Positions 18,071 through 28,372 of a stretch of 64,000 nt of DNA are shown one piece after another. The translations under genes were made by a program, and so were the position numbers. Origin of the DNA: an uncultured bacterium (GTDB lineage: Bacteria > Hydrogenedentota > Hydrogenedentia > Hydrogenedentales > Hydrogenedentaceae); assembly GCA_937124615.1 (NCBI GenBank), contig CAKZKR010000113.1, positions 1,292 to 65,291 of the forward strand. The letters run 5' to 3'. The notes under the pieces were generated by a model. It did no database searches and was not told the origin of the DNA. It saw nothing but the letters and a program-made list of their open reading frames with translations. How positions within the stretch are numbered: the stretch's first letter is position 1; every line of letters begins with the position of its first letter.

Positions 18071-19558
18071 TTACTTTACATTTACAACTTCGAGTTGCAG
18101 TTGGTTTATAAATGAAGTTAGGCGGAACCATTGTTCAATGTTTCCATAAAGAAGCGTAATGTGTGTAGCATCTGCAATAAGTTGTCCTAATGTTGGGTCT
18201 GTTGGCGTCCATTCCCCGATGAATACCTCAGCCCATGCATGATAACCGAAACCTTGTAATTCTTCACTCCATACAAGTCCTAAACATATCCGAGTTGGGA
18301 TCCCAACAGCCCGGGCAAGTGCTGTGAAAAGGACTGCATGCTCATTGCAATCACCCTGTCGTGTTTCAAGAGTACTTAGGGCAAAAGGAATATTTATTGT
18401 TATTTTCTTCTCGATATTGTTATAAACCCAATCAAGAATCCTTTGACTTTTTTTCCATAGGTCTGATTCATCTCCTACAATTTCTTTTGCTAATTTTTGT
18501 ATTTTAGGATGTTCAACCAGAATTAAAGAGTCGCCTGTAAGTGTATTGGGAGGAATCGTTCGCATTATTTTTTCGGTCAGAGGGATTGATTTTGGCTCTG
18601 TGGGAGGTTCTATAAAATACCCCTGAGCCGTTCGGACCTGATATGCAGATACGGGTGGTTGATTAAAATCAGTTAAGCCCTCAATTTTAACCCACATCTG
18701 TTTGGCCCCGCGAAACGGCTTCATTCCTTTGGGTTTTATAATCGTTGTTGTAATTAAATCTCCCTTTTCTTCTTCGGAAGAACGGATTGTTTCTGCAGGG
18801 GATATTTTTTTTAGTTTTAACCCAAAAGGTGTTATAGCCTGCACAATTTCCTGCTCCGGAGTGACCCATATTGTAGAAGTTATTCCACTTAGAGTAACAG
18901 TCATTCGATACGACTCTATCGTTTCTCCTGCTATCTGTAAAGTTTCTTGGCCTTGGGAAGCAATAATTGCTTTCTGCACGGACATAGCAAGAGGGTCAAA
19001 TACATCCACAGAAATACTTTCTCCGGGTTCTAAAACAGGTGTATCCATGAGAGGCAAAGCAACTCCACCTGAGAGGAAAATATTTTTTCCAACCGGTAAG
19101 GAATAGGGAATGATTTCTTTGCCGGTTACAATCTCTCCGTTTAACTGTCGACCGTCATATACTCCCTCTATTTTTATACTGGTTTCATCCGAACGAAGTG
19201 TTATCTGGAAGTTTTCCAATCCTTTTTTCTGGCTAAACCATGCGAAACCGCGGACAGATAAATTCACGGATGTAGAAAAAAGTTGTGTATCTAATCGGGA
19301 AGTGAAGTTCAATTTAAAAGCAGGACCGTAGGGACTCATAGGCTCGGGTTGAGTTGTAATTTGTATATATCCAACTTTTTTATCATCTCCTGTGTATAAT
19401 CCAACACGCCAATCTTCATATTTTTCCCATCGTGTTTTGGGATAGGACCAGCTAGATTTTGTGAAGTATCCTTCACGAATGAAGAGCAGGGTCATCATGA
19501 TGACCCAAAAAATGATAATGAAACAAATGAATATTAGACGAGTTGCTTTCCACAGCAT
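18071..19558 (-). CDS. Membrane-anchored transglutaminase-like (Cys-His-Asp) protein
   Basis: N-terminal TM helix; GDCNEHAVLFTALARAVGIPTR, YHAWAEV, DPT; start overlaps the secA 3' end. Confidence 0.85.
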   Translation of the reverse strand: MLWKATRLIFICFIIIFWVIMMTLLFIREGYFTKSSWSYPKTRWEKYEDWRVGLYTGDDKKVGYIQITTQPEPMSPYGPAFKLNFTSRLDTQLFSTSVNLSVRGFAWFSQKKGLENFQITLRSDETSIKIEGVYDGRQLNGEIVTGKEIIPYSLPVGKNIFLSGGVALPLMDTPVLEPGESISVDVFDPLAMSVQKAIIASQGQETLQIAGETIESYRMTVTLSGITSTIWVTPEQEIVQAITPFGLKLKKISPAETIRSSEEEKGDLITTTIIKPKGMKPFRGAKQMWVKIEGLTDFNQPPVSAYQVRTAQGYFIEPPTEPKSIPLTEKIMRTIPPNTLTGDSLILVEHPKIQKLAKEIVGDESDLWKKSQRILDWVYNNIEKKITINIPFALSTLETRQGDCNEHAVLFTALARAVGIPTRICLGLVWSEELQGFGYHAWAEVFIGEWTPTDPTLGQLIADATHITLLYGNIEQWFRLTSFINQLQLEVVNVK

Positions 19559-22278
19559 TTTTTATATTTCTTTCCACTCCCACATGGACAGGGGTCATTG
19601 GGTCCAACCTTGGGTCCAACACGGACAGGAACTCGTTTAGGTTTATCTTCTTCTTCCTCTGATGGGGGTCCACCGGGAACAGACTGTCCTCCGAGAGCAA
19701 ACCTCCGTGTATCAAAAGCAGAGAAACTCCGGTCTGCTTCTTTATCCGCAGCAATGTAACTATAGCGTTGCAAATGAGCAAACGGGTCTTCTTCCATAGT
19801 TCCTGTTGTAGAACGAGAAGGAAGGTGTCTTTTTTTACGATACTCTGGGTCCGTAATACGAAATAGAGACAGAACAACATTCAATTCTATAGACTGTATA
19901 AGATTCTGGAATAGTTCAAATGCTTCCTGTTTATATTCTAATAAGGGGTCTCTTTGTCCATAGGCACGAAGTCGCACGGATTCTCTTAGATAGTCCATTT
20001 CATATAAATGGTCTATCCATTTCTCATCCACAGCACGCAATAAGACCATGAGTTCTAAATCATGAATTCGTTTTCGTGCTAACTTTTTAAAGTTTACAGG
20101 AGGGAGTGTGTGCCCCTCTTTTGCCTGTTGTTCATATTGTTTTTGAAGTTCTTCCTCAAGCAATGCATGTCGTCGTTCATATTCTCTCATTACCTGATGG
20201 AAGATACTATCCCGCAAAGAAGTGGGTTCTTCATCACCTTCCCCTGTTAGATTGAAATCTATTCCAAATATTTTTTTGAGTTGTTTTTGTAAACCCTCCA
20301 GATCCCATTCATCCGGAAGTTGATCTTCTGGGGCAAACTGGTCGATGGCATCTCCTATAATATTTGAAAACATCTCATGAAGACGTACAGTAACATCTTT
20401 ATCTTCCAATACTTCCTGTCGCATGGAATAGATATACTTTCTCTGTTTATCCATAACCTCATCATATTCGAGCAGGTGTTTTCGTATTTCATAGTTATAT
20501 TCTTCTACCTGTCGTTGGGCTCGTTCTATGGAACGGGATACCATGCGCTGGCTTAAAGGTTGTTCGTCCATTTCACGATTACTTCCGAACATATCTAACA
20601 ATCGCTTTACACGGTCTCCACCGAAAAGTCGGGCTACTTCATCTTCAAGGCTTACAAAAAATCGTGTTGTTCCGGGGTCTCCCTGTCTTCCGGCTCGTCC
20701 CCGCAATTGATTATCAATACGCCGTGCTTCATGTCGTTCTGTGCCGATAATGTATAGTCCACCCAGTTCACGAACTCCCTCTGCTAATTTAATATCTGTT
20801 CCGCGTCCTGCCATATTCGTGGCAATTGTTATCGCTGATTTTTTTCCTGCATTTGCGATGATAACCGCTTCCCGTTCATGATGTTTTGCATTCAATATCT
20901 GAAAATCATGGATCCCTTTTTCTTGTAACAATTGAGATAATTTTTCAGACTTCTCAATACTAACAGTTCCTACAAGAATAGGACGCCCTGTTTCGTATAT
21001 CTTATCTATTTCATTAACTACATAGCGGAATTTACCATCTTCTGTGGCAAAGATAAGGTCATTTAGATCTTCGCGAATTAGGGGAAGATTGGTCGGAATT
21101 TGTGTAACCTCGAGACCATATATTTTACTAAATTCCAGTGCCTCTGTAATGGCTGTTCCTGTCATTCCTGCTAATTTCTTATACATTCGAAAATAGTTTT
21201 GATAAGTGATTGTAGCGATGGTTTGTGATTCGAAACGTATAGGAACCCGTTCCTTTGCTTCAATCGTTTGATGAAGACCATCGGAATAGCGTCTTCCCTC
21301 TAAAGCACGTCCTGTAAATTCATCAACAATAAGTACCTCGCCGTTCCGGACAATGTAATCCTTATCACGATGATACAAATTATGGGCTCGTATGGATTGT
21401 TCAAGGATATGAACAATACCGATATTGGTATCGGTAAACAGATCATCAACACCTAAAAGCCGTTCGGCCTGTTCCATTCCTTCGTCGGTTATAAGCACAT
21501 AGCGTTGTTTTTCATCTACTTCATAGTGTTCACCTTTACGGAGTCGCCGGACGACTTCATCCACTTTTACATAGATATCGGAACTCCGTTCAGGTCTTCC
21601 CGAAATAATAAGAGGTGTCCGGGCCTCATCGATAAGTATAGAATCCACTTCGTCCACAATGGCATAATTCAATCCGCGTTGCACTTGCAAATCTTTTCGT
21701 ACCGCCATGTTATCACGGAGATAGTCAAAGCCGAATTCATTGTTCGTTCCATAAGTTATATCTGCGCGGTATCCAACCTGGCGCTCATATAAATCCATAT
21801 CATGCTGGATAAGACCAACACTCAATCCCAAAAATTGATAAATCGGTCCCATCCATTCTGCGTCACGCCGCGCTAAATAATCATTTACCGTAACGACATG
21901 TACCCCTTCTCCTGTCAAAGCATTCAGATACACAGGCATAGTGGCTACTAATGTTTTCCCTTCACCCGTTACCATTTCAGCAATACCCCCCTGATGAAGG
22001 ACAATACCGCCAATTATCTGGACATCGAAAGGCCGTAGCCCTACCACGCGTTTTGAAGTTTCACGGACAACAGCGAATGCATGGGGAAGTATATCGTCTA
22101 ATGTAGCCCCTTGCGATAATTTTTCTTTTAACAAAGCGGTCTGTGAACGAAGTTCTGCATTGGACATCTTAACAATACGAGGTTCTTCTTCACGAACTGC
22201 ATCCAGCAGGGGTAGTAATTTACGGACAGCCCGCTCTTTACTTGAACCAAAGACCCATTCGATTAATTTAAATATCAC
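19534..22278 (-). CDS. secA: Preprotein translocase subunit SecA
   Basis: AEMVTGEGKT, VTVNDYLARRD, IVDEVDSILIDEARTPLIISG, ATNMAGRGTDI, SEC-C motif (NDPCPCGSGKKYKKCCG). GTG 22278 with RBS AAGGA preferred. Confidence 0.98.
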   Translation of the reverse strand: MIFKLIEWVFGSSKERAVRKLLPLLDAVREEEPRIVKMSNAELRSQTALLKEKLSQGATLDDILPHAFAVVRETSKRVVGLRPFDVQIIGGIVLHQGGIAEMVTGEGKTLVATMPVYLNALTGEGVHVVTVNDYLARRDAEWMGPIYQFLGLSVGLIQHDMDLYERQVGYRADITYGTNNEFGFDYLRDNMAVRKDLQVQRGLNYAIVDEVDSILIDEARTPLIISGRPERSSDIYVKVDEVVRRLRKGEHYEVDEKQRYVLITDEGMEQAERLLGVDDLFTDTNIGIVHILEQSIRAHNLYHRDKDYIVRNGEVLIVDEFTGRALEGRRYSDGLHQTIEAKERVPIRFESQTIATITYQNYFRMYKKLAGMTGTAITEALEFSKIYGLEVTQIPTNLPLIREDLNDLIFATEDGKFRYVVNEIDKIYETGRPILVGTVSIEKSEKLSQLLQEKGIHDFQILNAKHHEREAVIIANAGKKSAITIATNMAGRGTDIKLAEGVRELGGLYIIGTERHEARRIDNQLRGRAGRQGDPGTTRFFVSLEDEVARLFGGDRVKRLLDMFGSNREMDEQPLSQRMVSRSIERAQRQVEEYNYEIRKHLLEYDEVMDKQRKYIYSMRQEVLEDKDVTVRLHEMFSNIIGDAIDQFAPEDQLPDEWDLEGLQKQLKKIFGIDFNLTGEGDEEPTSLRDSIFHQVMREYERRHALLEEELQKQYEQQAKEGHTLPPVNFKKLARKRIHDLELMVLLRAVDEKWIDHLYEMDYLRESVRLRAYGQRDPLLEYKQEAFELFQNLIQSIELNVVLSLFRITDPEYRKKRHLPSRSTTGTMEEDPFAHLQRYSYIAADKEADRSFSAFDTRRFALGGQSVPGGPPSEEEEDKPKRVPVRVGPKVGPNDPCPCGSGKKYKKCCGKQLV

Positions 22279-22660
22279 GAATTTATTTCCTTTTTTCAAG
22301 AATATTTTCTTAATTATAAATCTACCATAAAAAAACAGATGCTTTTGCAAATCCGTTAACGAAAAAATATTTTTACTACTATATTATAACTACTATGCCC
22401 CTTATTATACCTCTATAAGTTCTTTAAAAGAATGTTCATCTTTATACTATAAATCAAAAGGGGTGTTCTTTTATATTAATTGTTTAATGAAATAATTTAA
22501 TAATAGAAAAAGAAATGATAGATTTTTATTGTATATAATAAAGTTAATAAATATTGACGAGTTAGATAAAATTGTGTTAATTTTGTTAAAAAAGTTGTAT
22601 AATGTTTGTTATAGGGATAAAAAATATAATATTGTATTATTACCAAACATGTAATACGGA

Positions 22661-24370
22661 GTGTTAACGATGGGAAAAATGCCACAGAGATTTGTCATTG
22701 TAATAGTATTAATGGCTACCTTATTACTGTCTCTTTCACCTGCTTATGCATGGGGACCACGAGCGAGACAGTCATTAACGACAATGGCGATTCAGATGAT
22801 ACAATTTGAATTTCCGTATATTTTCCGTCCTGCAGGTTCTGCAGGTGTTGGTTATGAAAAAGAAGCCATTCAGGGTTCTGCTGATAGTTGGCAAATGATA
22901 GCAGAGTTTTATTCGTTTGAAAATGAAAAGGCTGTGTTATCCGCAATTAGTTCCGAGATACAACTTCTTCGCGATATACGCAAATTTGGACCGACTTCAT
23001 ATTATGCATACCGTCTGGGTGTCTTGTCCTCATTGGTTGCGGAAATGATGATTCCTTACGGTTTCGCATGGACGGAAGAGGAAAAACAATTGCAAAAATT
23101 GGTAAATGCGGACATTGACAAGAGGCTCGATTCTTATGCATATCAAGCAGGGAAGACACAACGCTTTTTTGTTACAGATATAAATAAATTCTTTTCTGAA
23201 CGGCGACCGTATTTCCTGGAAAATAAAAAATTAATTGCAAATGATTATCGGTTGGGGAAAGGGTATGATGGATTGCTTGCTAAAGCAGGTCTGGATTATT
23301 TTGTGCGGACTGTTCGTGCTATTTCAGATGTTTGGTATACGGTACTTCGTCCGGAAGATGATGGAATTTGGATAAGTCCTCCTTCTGACCGCACAAGGGC
23401 ATGGTATTTTGTCAAGGAAATCGAATATCTGTTGGATGTAAAGAAAAATATATTCCAGGCAGACAAGATATATGAAAACTTTACAAAGTTGAATGTGAAT
23501 CTTCCTGAAGCAGTGAATCGTATTGGGGATGCGTATTACCGTATGAACGATGTACAAGCAAAAGATAGGGCGGTTCAACTCTGGCGGAACGCATATAGTA
23601 TTTCTGTTGGAGAACTTCGTATTTCTATCGCGAAAAAGTTAAGCAAATATTATTTCGAAGAAGGACAGGCGAATTTTGCTCGTGCAGGTCAACCGGGGGG
23701 CAAAGAAGAAGATTTGAACAACGCTTTATACAGTTTTCAGCAGGCCATCGAATTTGACCGTGATAATCAACAGATTGTAGACATGATACAGGCAACTTAT
23801 CAGGAGATAAAGGAACGGACTGAATATCGAAATATGCTTGTAGCCATAATCTCGCAGGCAGAAAAGACACAAGAAGAAGCGGAAAAATACAGGCTTGCGG
23901 GTGATTATGGAAATGCCATTTTAACATATCGTATCGCAGTAAGTTTATATAATTCTGTAGACGACCGTTTTAAGGATTTGGAAAGTAACGCAAAGAGTGG
24001 ACTTCGCCGGGTAAAGAAAAGTATTTCAGATGTTATTAATGAAGTTTTGGACCGTGCCAGTGATGCGATTGACCAGGGAGACCAGCATAAAGAAAACAAT
24101 CGTTTCGAAGAATCCATATCTTCTTACGCCAAAGTGGATAGTATTGTAAGTGTAATTCCAGATGATGAAAATCCAACACTGACACAGCAAAAACAAAATG
24201 TAATTGACCTTTCCAGGAAGCGGATTGAAGAAGCGAAGATAGCAAAAGTTCGTTATGAACAAGCATTACAGGAAGCACAACAACGCGCCGCTCAAGGAGC
24301 AGGTGGAGGTGTTCGCCCTGTTGCTCCTCCTACCGCACCTACGCCTCCGGCCCCAAGAACGGGCGGATGA
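22661..24370 (+). CDS. Secreted protein: degenerate Zn-phospholipase C/S1-P1 nuclease-like N-terminal domain plus TPR-like helical region and Pro-rich tail
   Basis: Signal peptide ending AYA^WGPRARQSL; YRLGVLSSLVAEMMIPY; TPR-like GDYGNAILTYRIA and ALYSFQQAIEFD. Exact start uncertain (22661, 22670 or 22679). Confidence 0.6.
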   Translation: MLTMGKMPQRFVIVIVLMATLLLSLSPAYAWGPRARQSLTTMAIQMIQFEFPYIFRPAGSAGVGYEKEAIQGSADSWQMIAEFYSFENEKAVLSAISSEIQLLRDIRKFGPTSYYAYRLGVLSSLVAEMMIPYGFAWTEEEKQLQKLVNADIDKRLDSYAYQAGKTQRFFVTDINKFFSERRPYFLENKKLIANDYRLGKGYDGLLAKAGLDYFVRTVRAISDVWYTVLRPEDDGIWISPPSDRTRAWYFVKEIEYLLDVKKNIFQADKIYENFTKLNVNLPEAVNRIGDAYYRMNDVQAKDRAVQLWRNAYSISVGELRISIAKKLSKYYFEEGQANFARAGQPGGKEEDLNNALYSFQQAIEFDRDNQQIVDMIQATYQEIKERTEYRNMLVAIISQAEKTQEEAEKYRLAGDYGNAILTYRIAVSLYNSVDDRFKDLESNAKSGLRRVKKSISDVINEVLDRASDAIDQGDQHKENNRFEESISSYAKVDSIVSVIPDDENPTLTQQKQNVIDLSRKRIEEAKIAKVRYEQALQEAQQRAAQGAGGGVRPVAPPTAPTPPAPRTGG

Positions 24371-24399
24371 TTGGTTAATAATAACTGAATAGGTTAATA

Positions 24400-25041
24400 A
24401 TGATATTGGGTAAAGTAAAAGAAAAAATATTCATATTAAGTTTGTTATTTGTCTTTTTTGTTTCTTTTTTTGTACCTACTTTTTGTTCTGCACAGGGAGA
24501 TAAAGATACTTCTGAAGGTTGTGGCCCCTATCACTCGCGATACCAGATTCAACCGCCTGCAAAAAAAATATCAAGACCACCTGCACGAACACCTCTTCAT
24601 AATCCTCCTGCAACCTCTATTAAAGCACCTTCTGCAAGAAAATCGTTAGCCGCTCCTCCTGCTGAATCGAAGTCTGCACCTCCTGTTAAAAAACCTGTGG
24701 TAAACCCACCGGCTGTTCCTATTAAACAGCCCCCGAAAAAGATAGCGGTCTCAAACCCACCAGCGACCCCTATTTCTGCTCCATCGAAAAAGAAACCTTT
24801 TTCCGCCCCCCCGGCCCAGGCGAAATCCGCCCCCCCTGCAAAACAGCCCGTGATAAACCCGCCGGCAACCCCTATTTCTGCTCCGTTAAAAAAGAATCCT
24901 CTTTCTGCTCCCCCGGCTCAGGCGAAGTCCGCTCCCCCTCCAAAAACTTCAGCAGGTAAAGAGGATGTTTCAAGAAGCCATCCGTATTGTGTCGGTGTAA
25001 GAGAACCCGGTTCAAAGGACGCAATTCGTTTTATTCATTAA
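24400..25041 (+). CDS. Secreted Pro/Ala/Lys-rich repeat protein
   Basis: Signal peptide; eight 17-aa xPPA...xP..K units flanked by single cysteines. Confidence 0.75.
   Translation: MILGKVKEKIFILSLLFVFFVSFFVPTFCSAQGDKDTSEGCGPYHSRYQIQPPAKKISRPPARTPLHNPPATSIKAPSARKSLAAPPAESKSAPPVKKPVVNPPAVPIKQPPKKIAVSNPPATPISAPSKKKPFSAPPAQAKSAPPAKQPVINPPATPISAPLKKNPLSAPPAQAKSAPPPKTSAGKEDVSRSHPYCVGVREPGSKDAIRFIH
24550..24957 (+). repeat. Eight in-frame 51-bp tandem units
   Basis: Units begin QPPA, NPPA, APPA, NPPA, NPPA, APPA, NPPA, APPA at 51-bp spacing. Confidence 0.85.
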
Positions 25042-25051
25042 GCAAATATCT

Positions 25052-25879
25052 TTATTTTTTAGAGGGAATCATGGGTTCACTAAAAAAAGTAGTTTCATTC
25101 AGAAATTCGAGAGCAAGCCACAAAATAAGCAGAGTTGTGTGAACATTAAGGCCATCCTCAGGAACACTTGTTCCGGAGAAAGACCCATCATCCCGTTGAA
25201 AAGAAAACAAGTGGGATATCTCATTTATGTTAATAAGATTTTTCCTGCCAAGGTAGCATATAAACGCCAGGGCTTCAACTTTTAAATCAGAGGGGAATAA
25301 TAAAGGCGTAGCGATAGAGTATAAGTGACGGGTTATGTCATTAATTGCTTGTTGAACATCCTTATCATCAGGAGATAAGCATTTTTGTTCAATAAACCAT
25401 CCTAATGCTAAAGCGGAATGTGTAGAGGCATATCCCCCTTCCTCTGATTGCCTTTTTAACTGCATGATTAATGTGTTTTTATCAGGGCATTCCTCTTGTT
25501 TTTCAATAAAAAGGGCTTGTAACTCAAGCCAGATAAAACTTTCCGCTTGTTTCGGTTTTTTCCACTTGATGCCTTTGTAATTTACCAATCTACCATAGAT
25601 TTCTAATGATTTTATATCTTGTGAATCGGGATAACGAGTAAATGTTTTTTTAAATGAAAATTCTTCTGACAGAGAAAAACGGCGTTGCAAGTAGTCCAAT
25701 AAAATTAAGTCTTCCACCCTGAAACGAAATTTGTTTTTTTGAATATATTCTATTATTTTATCTCGTGTCTTTTTTAAATCCATCTTTATAGTGGGACTTT
25801 TTTGGGAGTGAATTGGTGGGTTTAATAATAATGCAGTGAGAAACAGTAAGGGAATAATTAAATTAAAAAGTGTTTTCAT
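25052..25879 (-). CDS. Exported hypothetical protein, helical, with a prenyltransferase/squalene-cyclase-like Q..DGSF repeat
   Basis: Signal peptide; GGYASTHSALALGW; FQRDDGSF...HTT; ATGA overlap with the permease gene. Confidence 0.55.
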   Translation of the reverse strand: MKTLFNLIIPLLFLTALLLNPPIHSQKSPTIKMDLKKTRDKIIEYIQKNKFRFRVEDLILLDYLQRRFSLSEEFSFKKTFTRYPDSQDIKSLEIYGRLVNYKGIKWKKPKQAESFIWLELQALFIEKQEECPDKNTLIMQLKRQSEEGGYASTHSALALGWFIEQKCLSPDDKDVQQAINDITRHLYSIATPLLFPSDLKVEALAFICYLGRKNLININEISHLFSFQRDDGSFSGTSVPEDGLNVHTTLLILWLALEFLNETTFFSEPMIPSKK

Positions 25880-26874
25880 GGCCCCTGCTGTTCTTTTATT
25901 TTCCCTTGTAACTTATCCATTAGTACCGCTGATAAAATAACAAATCCCAATGTTACCTGTTGTCCAAAAGTTTCAATACCAATCCAGTTAAGCCCACTGT
26001 TTAATGTGAATACCACACATAATCCTAACAATGTCCCCCATAACGAACCTTTTCCTCCGCTCAGACTTGTTCCACCGATTACGACACTGGCAATGACAGC
26101 CAATTCATCACCAACACCGACCTTAGGACTTCCGGAACCCATGCGAGAGGCAAGTATTACCCCTGCTAAGGCTGAAAAGGTACTACATAATATATAAACA
26201 AGTAACTTTGTTTTTTTTACAGGGACCCCGCTAAGTCGAGCAGACTCTTCATTGCCACCGATGGCGAGGGTGTGTCTTCCTATGGAAGTGTAATTTAGAA
26301 TGATTAGCCCTGTGAAAAATATCAATCCGAAGATGATGATACTAACAGGTATAAACTGAACCCAGAGTCCTCTTCCTAAAAACAAAAATTCTTCAGGCAC
26401 AGGACTGATAGGTTTGCCATTGGTTATAATATTGGCCAGCCCCCTCAATAAACTCATGAAAGCCAGAGTTACTATAAATGGAGGGATGTCCCATAAAGTT
26501 ATGATACTTCCCATTATTATCCCAATAACCATTCCCAGCAGAATCCCTATAAGAAAGGAGAGAGGCACAAAGGACCCCGATATAGAAGCAAAGTGGACAG
26601 CCATCATTGCAGAAATGACCCCGGACATCGCTCCGATAGAACCGATAGATAAATCAATCCCACCCGACATAATCACAAATGTCATTCCCACAGCCATAAT
26701 CCCAAAGATGGATAGTTGATTTAGGATAAGGATAATTGTAGAAAAGGAAGCGAAACCGGGTTGTCCCTGTTTTCTACCTATTATTTCAAAAATAGCAAAT
26801 TCAATGATAAGTGTAATGGTTAGTGGAACCCATGACCGATAAAAAAGTTTTTGAATGCTCTCTTTAAGCCACAT
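25876..26874 (-). CDS. rbsC: Ribose-type sugar ABC transporter permease
   Basis: GMTFVIMSGGIDLSIG, IPPFIVTLA, AIGGNEESARLSGV, ELAVIASVVIGGTSLSGGKG. Substrate not certain. Confidence 0.85.
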   Translation of the reverse strand: MWLKESIQKLFYRSWVPLTITLIIEFAIFEIIGRKQGQPGFASFSTIILILNQLSIFGIMAVGMTFVIMSGGIDLSIGSIGAMSGVISAMMAVHFASISGSFVPLSFLIGILLGMVIGIIMGSIITLWDIPPFIVTLAFMSLLRGLANIITNGKPISPVPEEFLFLGRGLWVQFIPVSIIIFGLIFFTGLIILNYTSIGRHTLAIGGNEESARLSGVPVKKTKLLVYILCSTFSALAGVILASRMGSGSPKVGVGDELAVIASVVIGGTSLSGGKGSLWGTLLGLCVVFTLNSGLNWIGIETFGQQVTLGFVILSAVLMDKLQGKIKEQQGP

Positions 26875-28372
26875 TCTGTTTTTTATATCCTGTGGCAAAC
26901 TGCATAATTTTTTCCTGTGTGGCCTCATTACGGGATAATTCGCCGGAGAGGTGTCCTTCGTGCATGACAAGAATACGGTCGCACATGCCCAGGACCTCGG
27001 GCAACTCGCTGGAAATCATGAGAATGGCGACCCCCTCTTCAAGAAGTCGGTTCATAAGTTTAAATATTTCTGATTTGGCGCCAACATCAATACCTCGGGT
27101 AGGTTCATCAAAAATGAGAACTCGCGATTGTGTGAAAAGCCATTTAGCCAACACTACTTTTTGCTGATTTCCTCCGCTTAAATTCTGGGCGATTTGTTCT
27201 ATGGATGGTGTGCGGATTTGCAGGTCACGCACATAATTTTCTGCTACCTGTCGTTCCTTAGCAAGGTTAAGAAAGAATCCATTTGTAATCTCCTTTAGGT
27301 TTGCCAATGTCGTGTTTTCACGGATGGTCATACCTAAAACCAATCCCTGATTTTTACGGTCTTCTGTAAGAAGACCGATACCATTTTTAATGGCTTCCTG
27401 TGGAGAATGAATTTTAACTTCCTGGCCATCTACAAAAATCTTCCCTGTATCAATGGGGTCTGCTCCAAATATAGCCCGGGCCACTTCGGTTCTTCCTGCT
27501 CCGACCAAGCCTGTTAGTCCTACAATTTCTCCTGCATGTACTGAAAAATTAATGTCATAAAAAGCCCCTTTACGGGTTAATCCTTTTACTCTTAAACGCT
27601 CTTTTCCTCGGGGTAGGGACACTTTAGGATATTCCTCGGTAAGTTCTCGGCCTACCATCATCTTAATCAAATCCTCACGAGTTACATCGCAGACCTCGTA
27701 TGTTCCAATATACTGACCATCCCGCATAACAGTAACACGATTTCCAATTTCATAAAGTTCTTCAAGTCGGTGGGAAATATAAATAATTCCGATGTTTTGT
27801 CTTCTCAAAACCCTGATAAGTTCAAATAGAGTCTTCAATTCATGGTCTGTCAAAGTTGCAGAGGGTTCATCCATAACAATAATTTTTGCCTGAATACTTA
27901 GGGCTTTTGCAATTTCCACCATCTGCTGTTGTGCAATACTTAACTCTGCAACAGGAATACGCACATCCAGTTTTAATCCGACCCGTTCCAACACTTCTTG
28001 TGCTTCTGCGTACATCTTTTTCCAATTAATAAAAGGGGTTCCCGGAATGCGCGGTTCACGACCCAGAAAAATATTTTCTGCAACGCTCAAGTAAGGAATA
28101 AGGTTAAACTCCTGATATATCATGCTGATACCCAGTTGTTGAGCATGATACGGAGAAATAATTTGTATAGGTTGTCCTTCCAGAAAAATCTGTCCAGAAT
28201 CCATGGAAACAGCACCGGCCAGAATTTTCATAAGAGTTGACTTTCCTGCACCGTTTTCGCCTATGAGGCAATGAACTTCTCCATAACGCACTTCCAATTT
28301 TACTTTGTCTAGAGCCAGAACCCCCGGAAATCGCTTTGTTATATCTCTCATTTCAAGCAATACATCACTCAT
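26864..28372 (-). CDS. rbsA: Ribose-type sugar ABC transporter ATP-binding protein
   Basis: GENGAGKSTL, MDEPSATL, LSGGNQQKV, DEPTRGIDVGAK; two fused ATPase domains. Confidence 0.92.
   Translation of the reverse strand: MSDVLLEMRDITKRFPGVLALDKVKLEVRYGEVHCLIGENGAGKSTLMKILAGAVSMDSGQIFLEGQPIQIISPYHAQQLGISMIYQEFNLIPYLSVAENIFLGREPRIPGTPFINWKKMYAEAQEVLERVGLKLDVRIPVAELSIAQQQMVEIAKALSIQAKIIVMDEPSATLTDHELKTLFELIRVLRRQNIGIIYISHRLEELYEIGNRVTVMRDGQYIGTYEVCDVTREDLIKMMVGRELTEEYPKVSLPRGKERLRVKGLTRKGAFYDINFSVHAGEIVGLTGLVGAGRTEVARAIFGADPIDTGKIFVDGQEVKIHSPQEAIKNGIGLLTEDRKNQGLVLGMTIRENTTLANLKEITNGFFLNLAKERQVAENYVRDLQIRTPSIEQIAQNLSGGNQQKVVLAKWLFTQSRVLIFDEPTRGIDVGAKSEIFKLMNRLLEEGVAILMISSELPEVLGMCDRILVMHEGHLSGELSRNEATQEKIMQFATGYKKQNVA

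Noticed and set aside
24550-24957. 51-bp repeats as a CRISPR array
   Set aside because: In-frame coding repeats with synonymous variation, no unique spacers and no cas genes.
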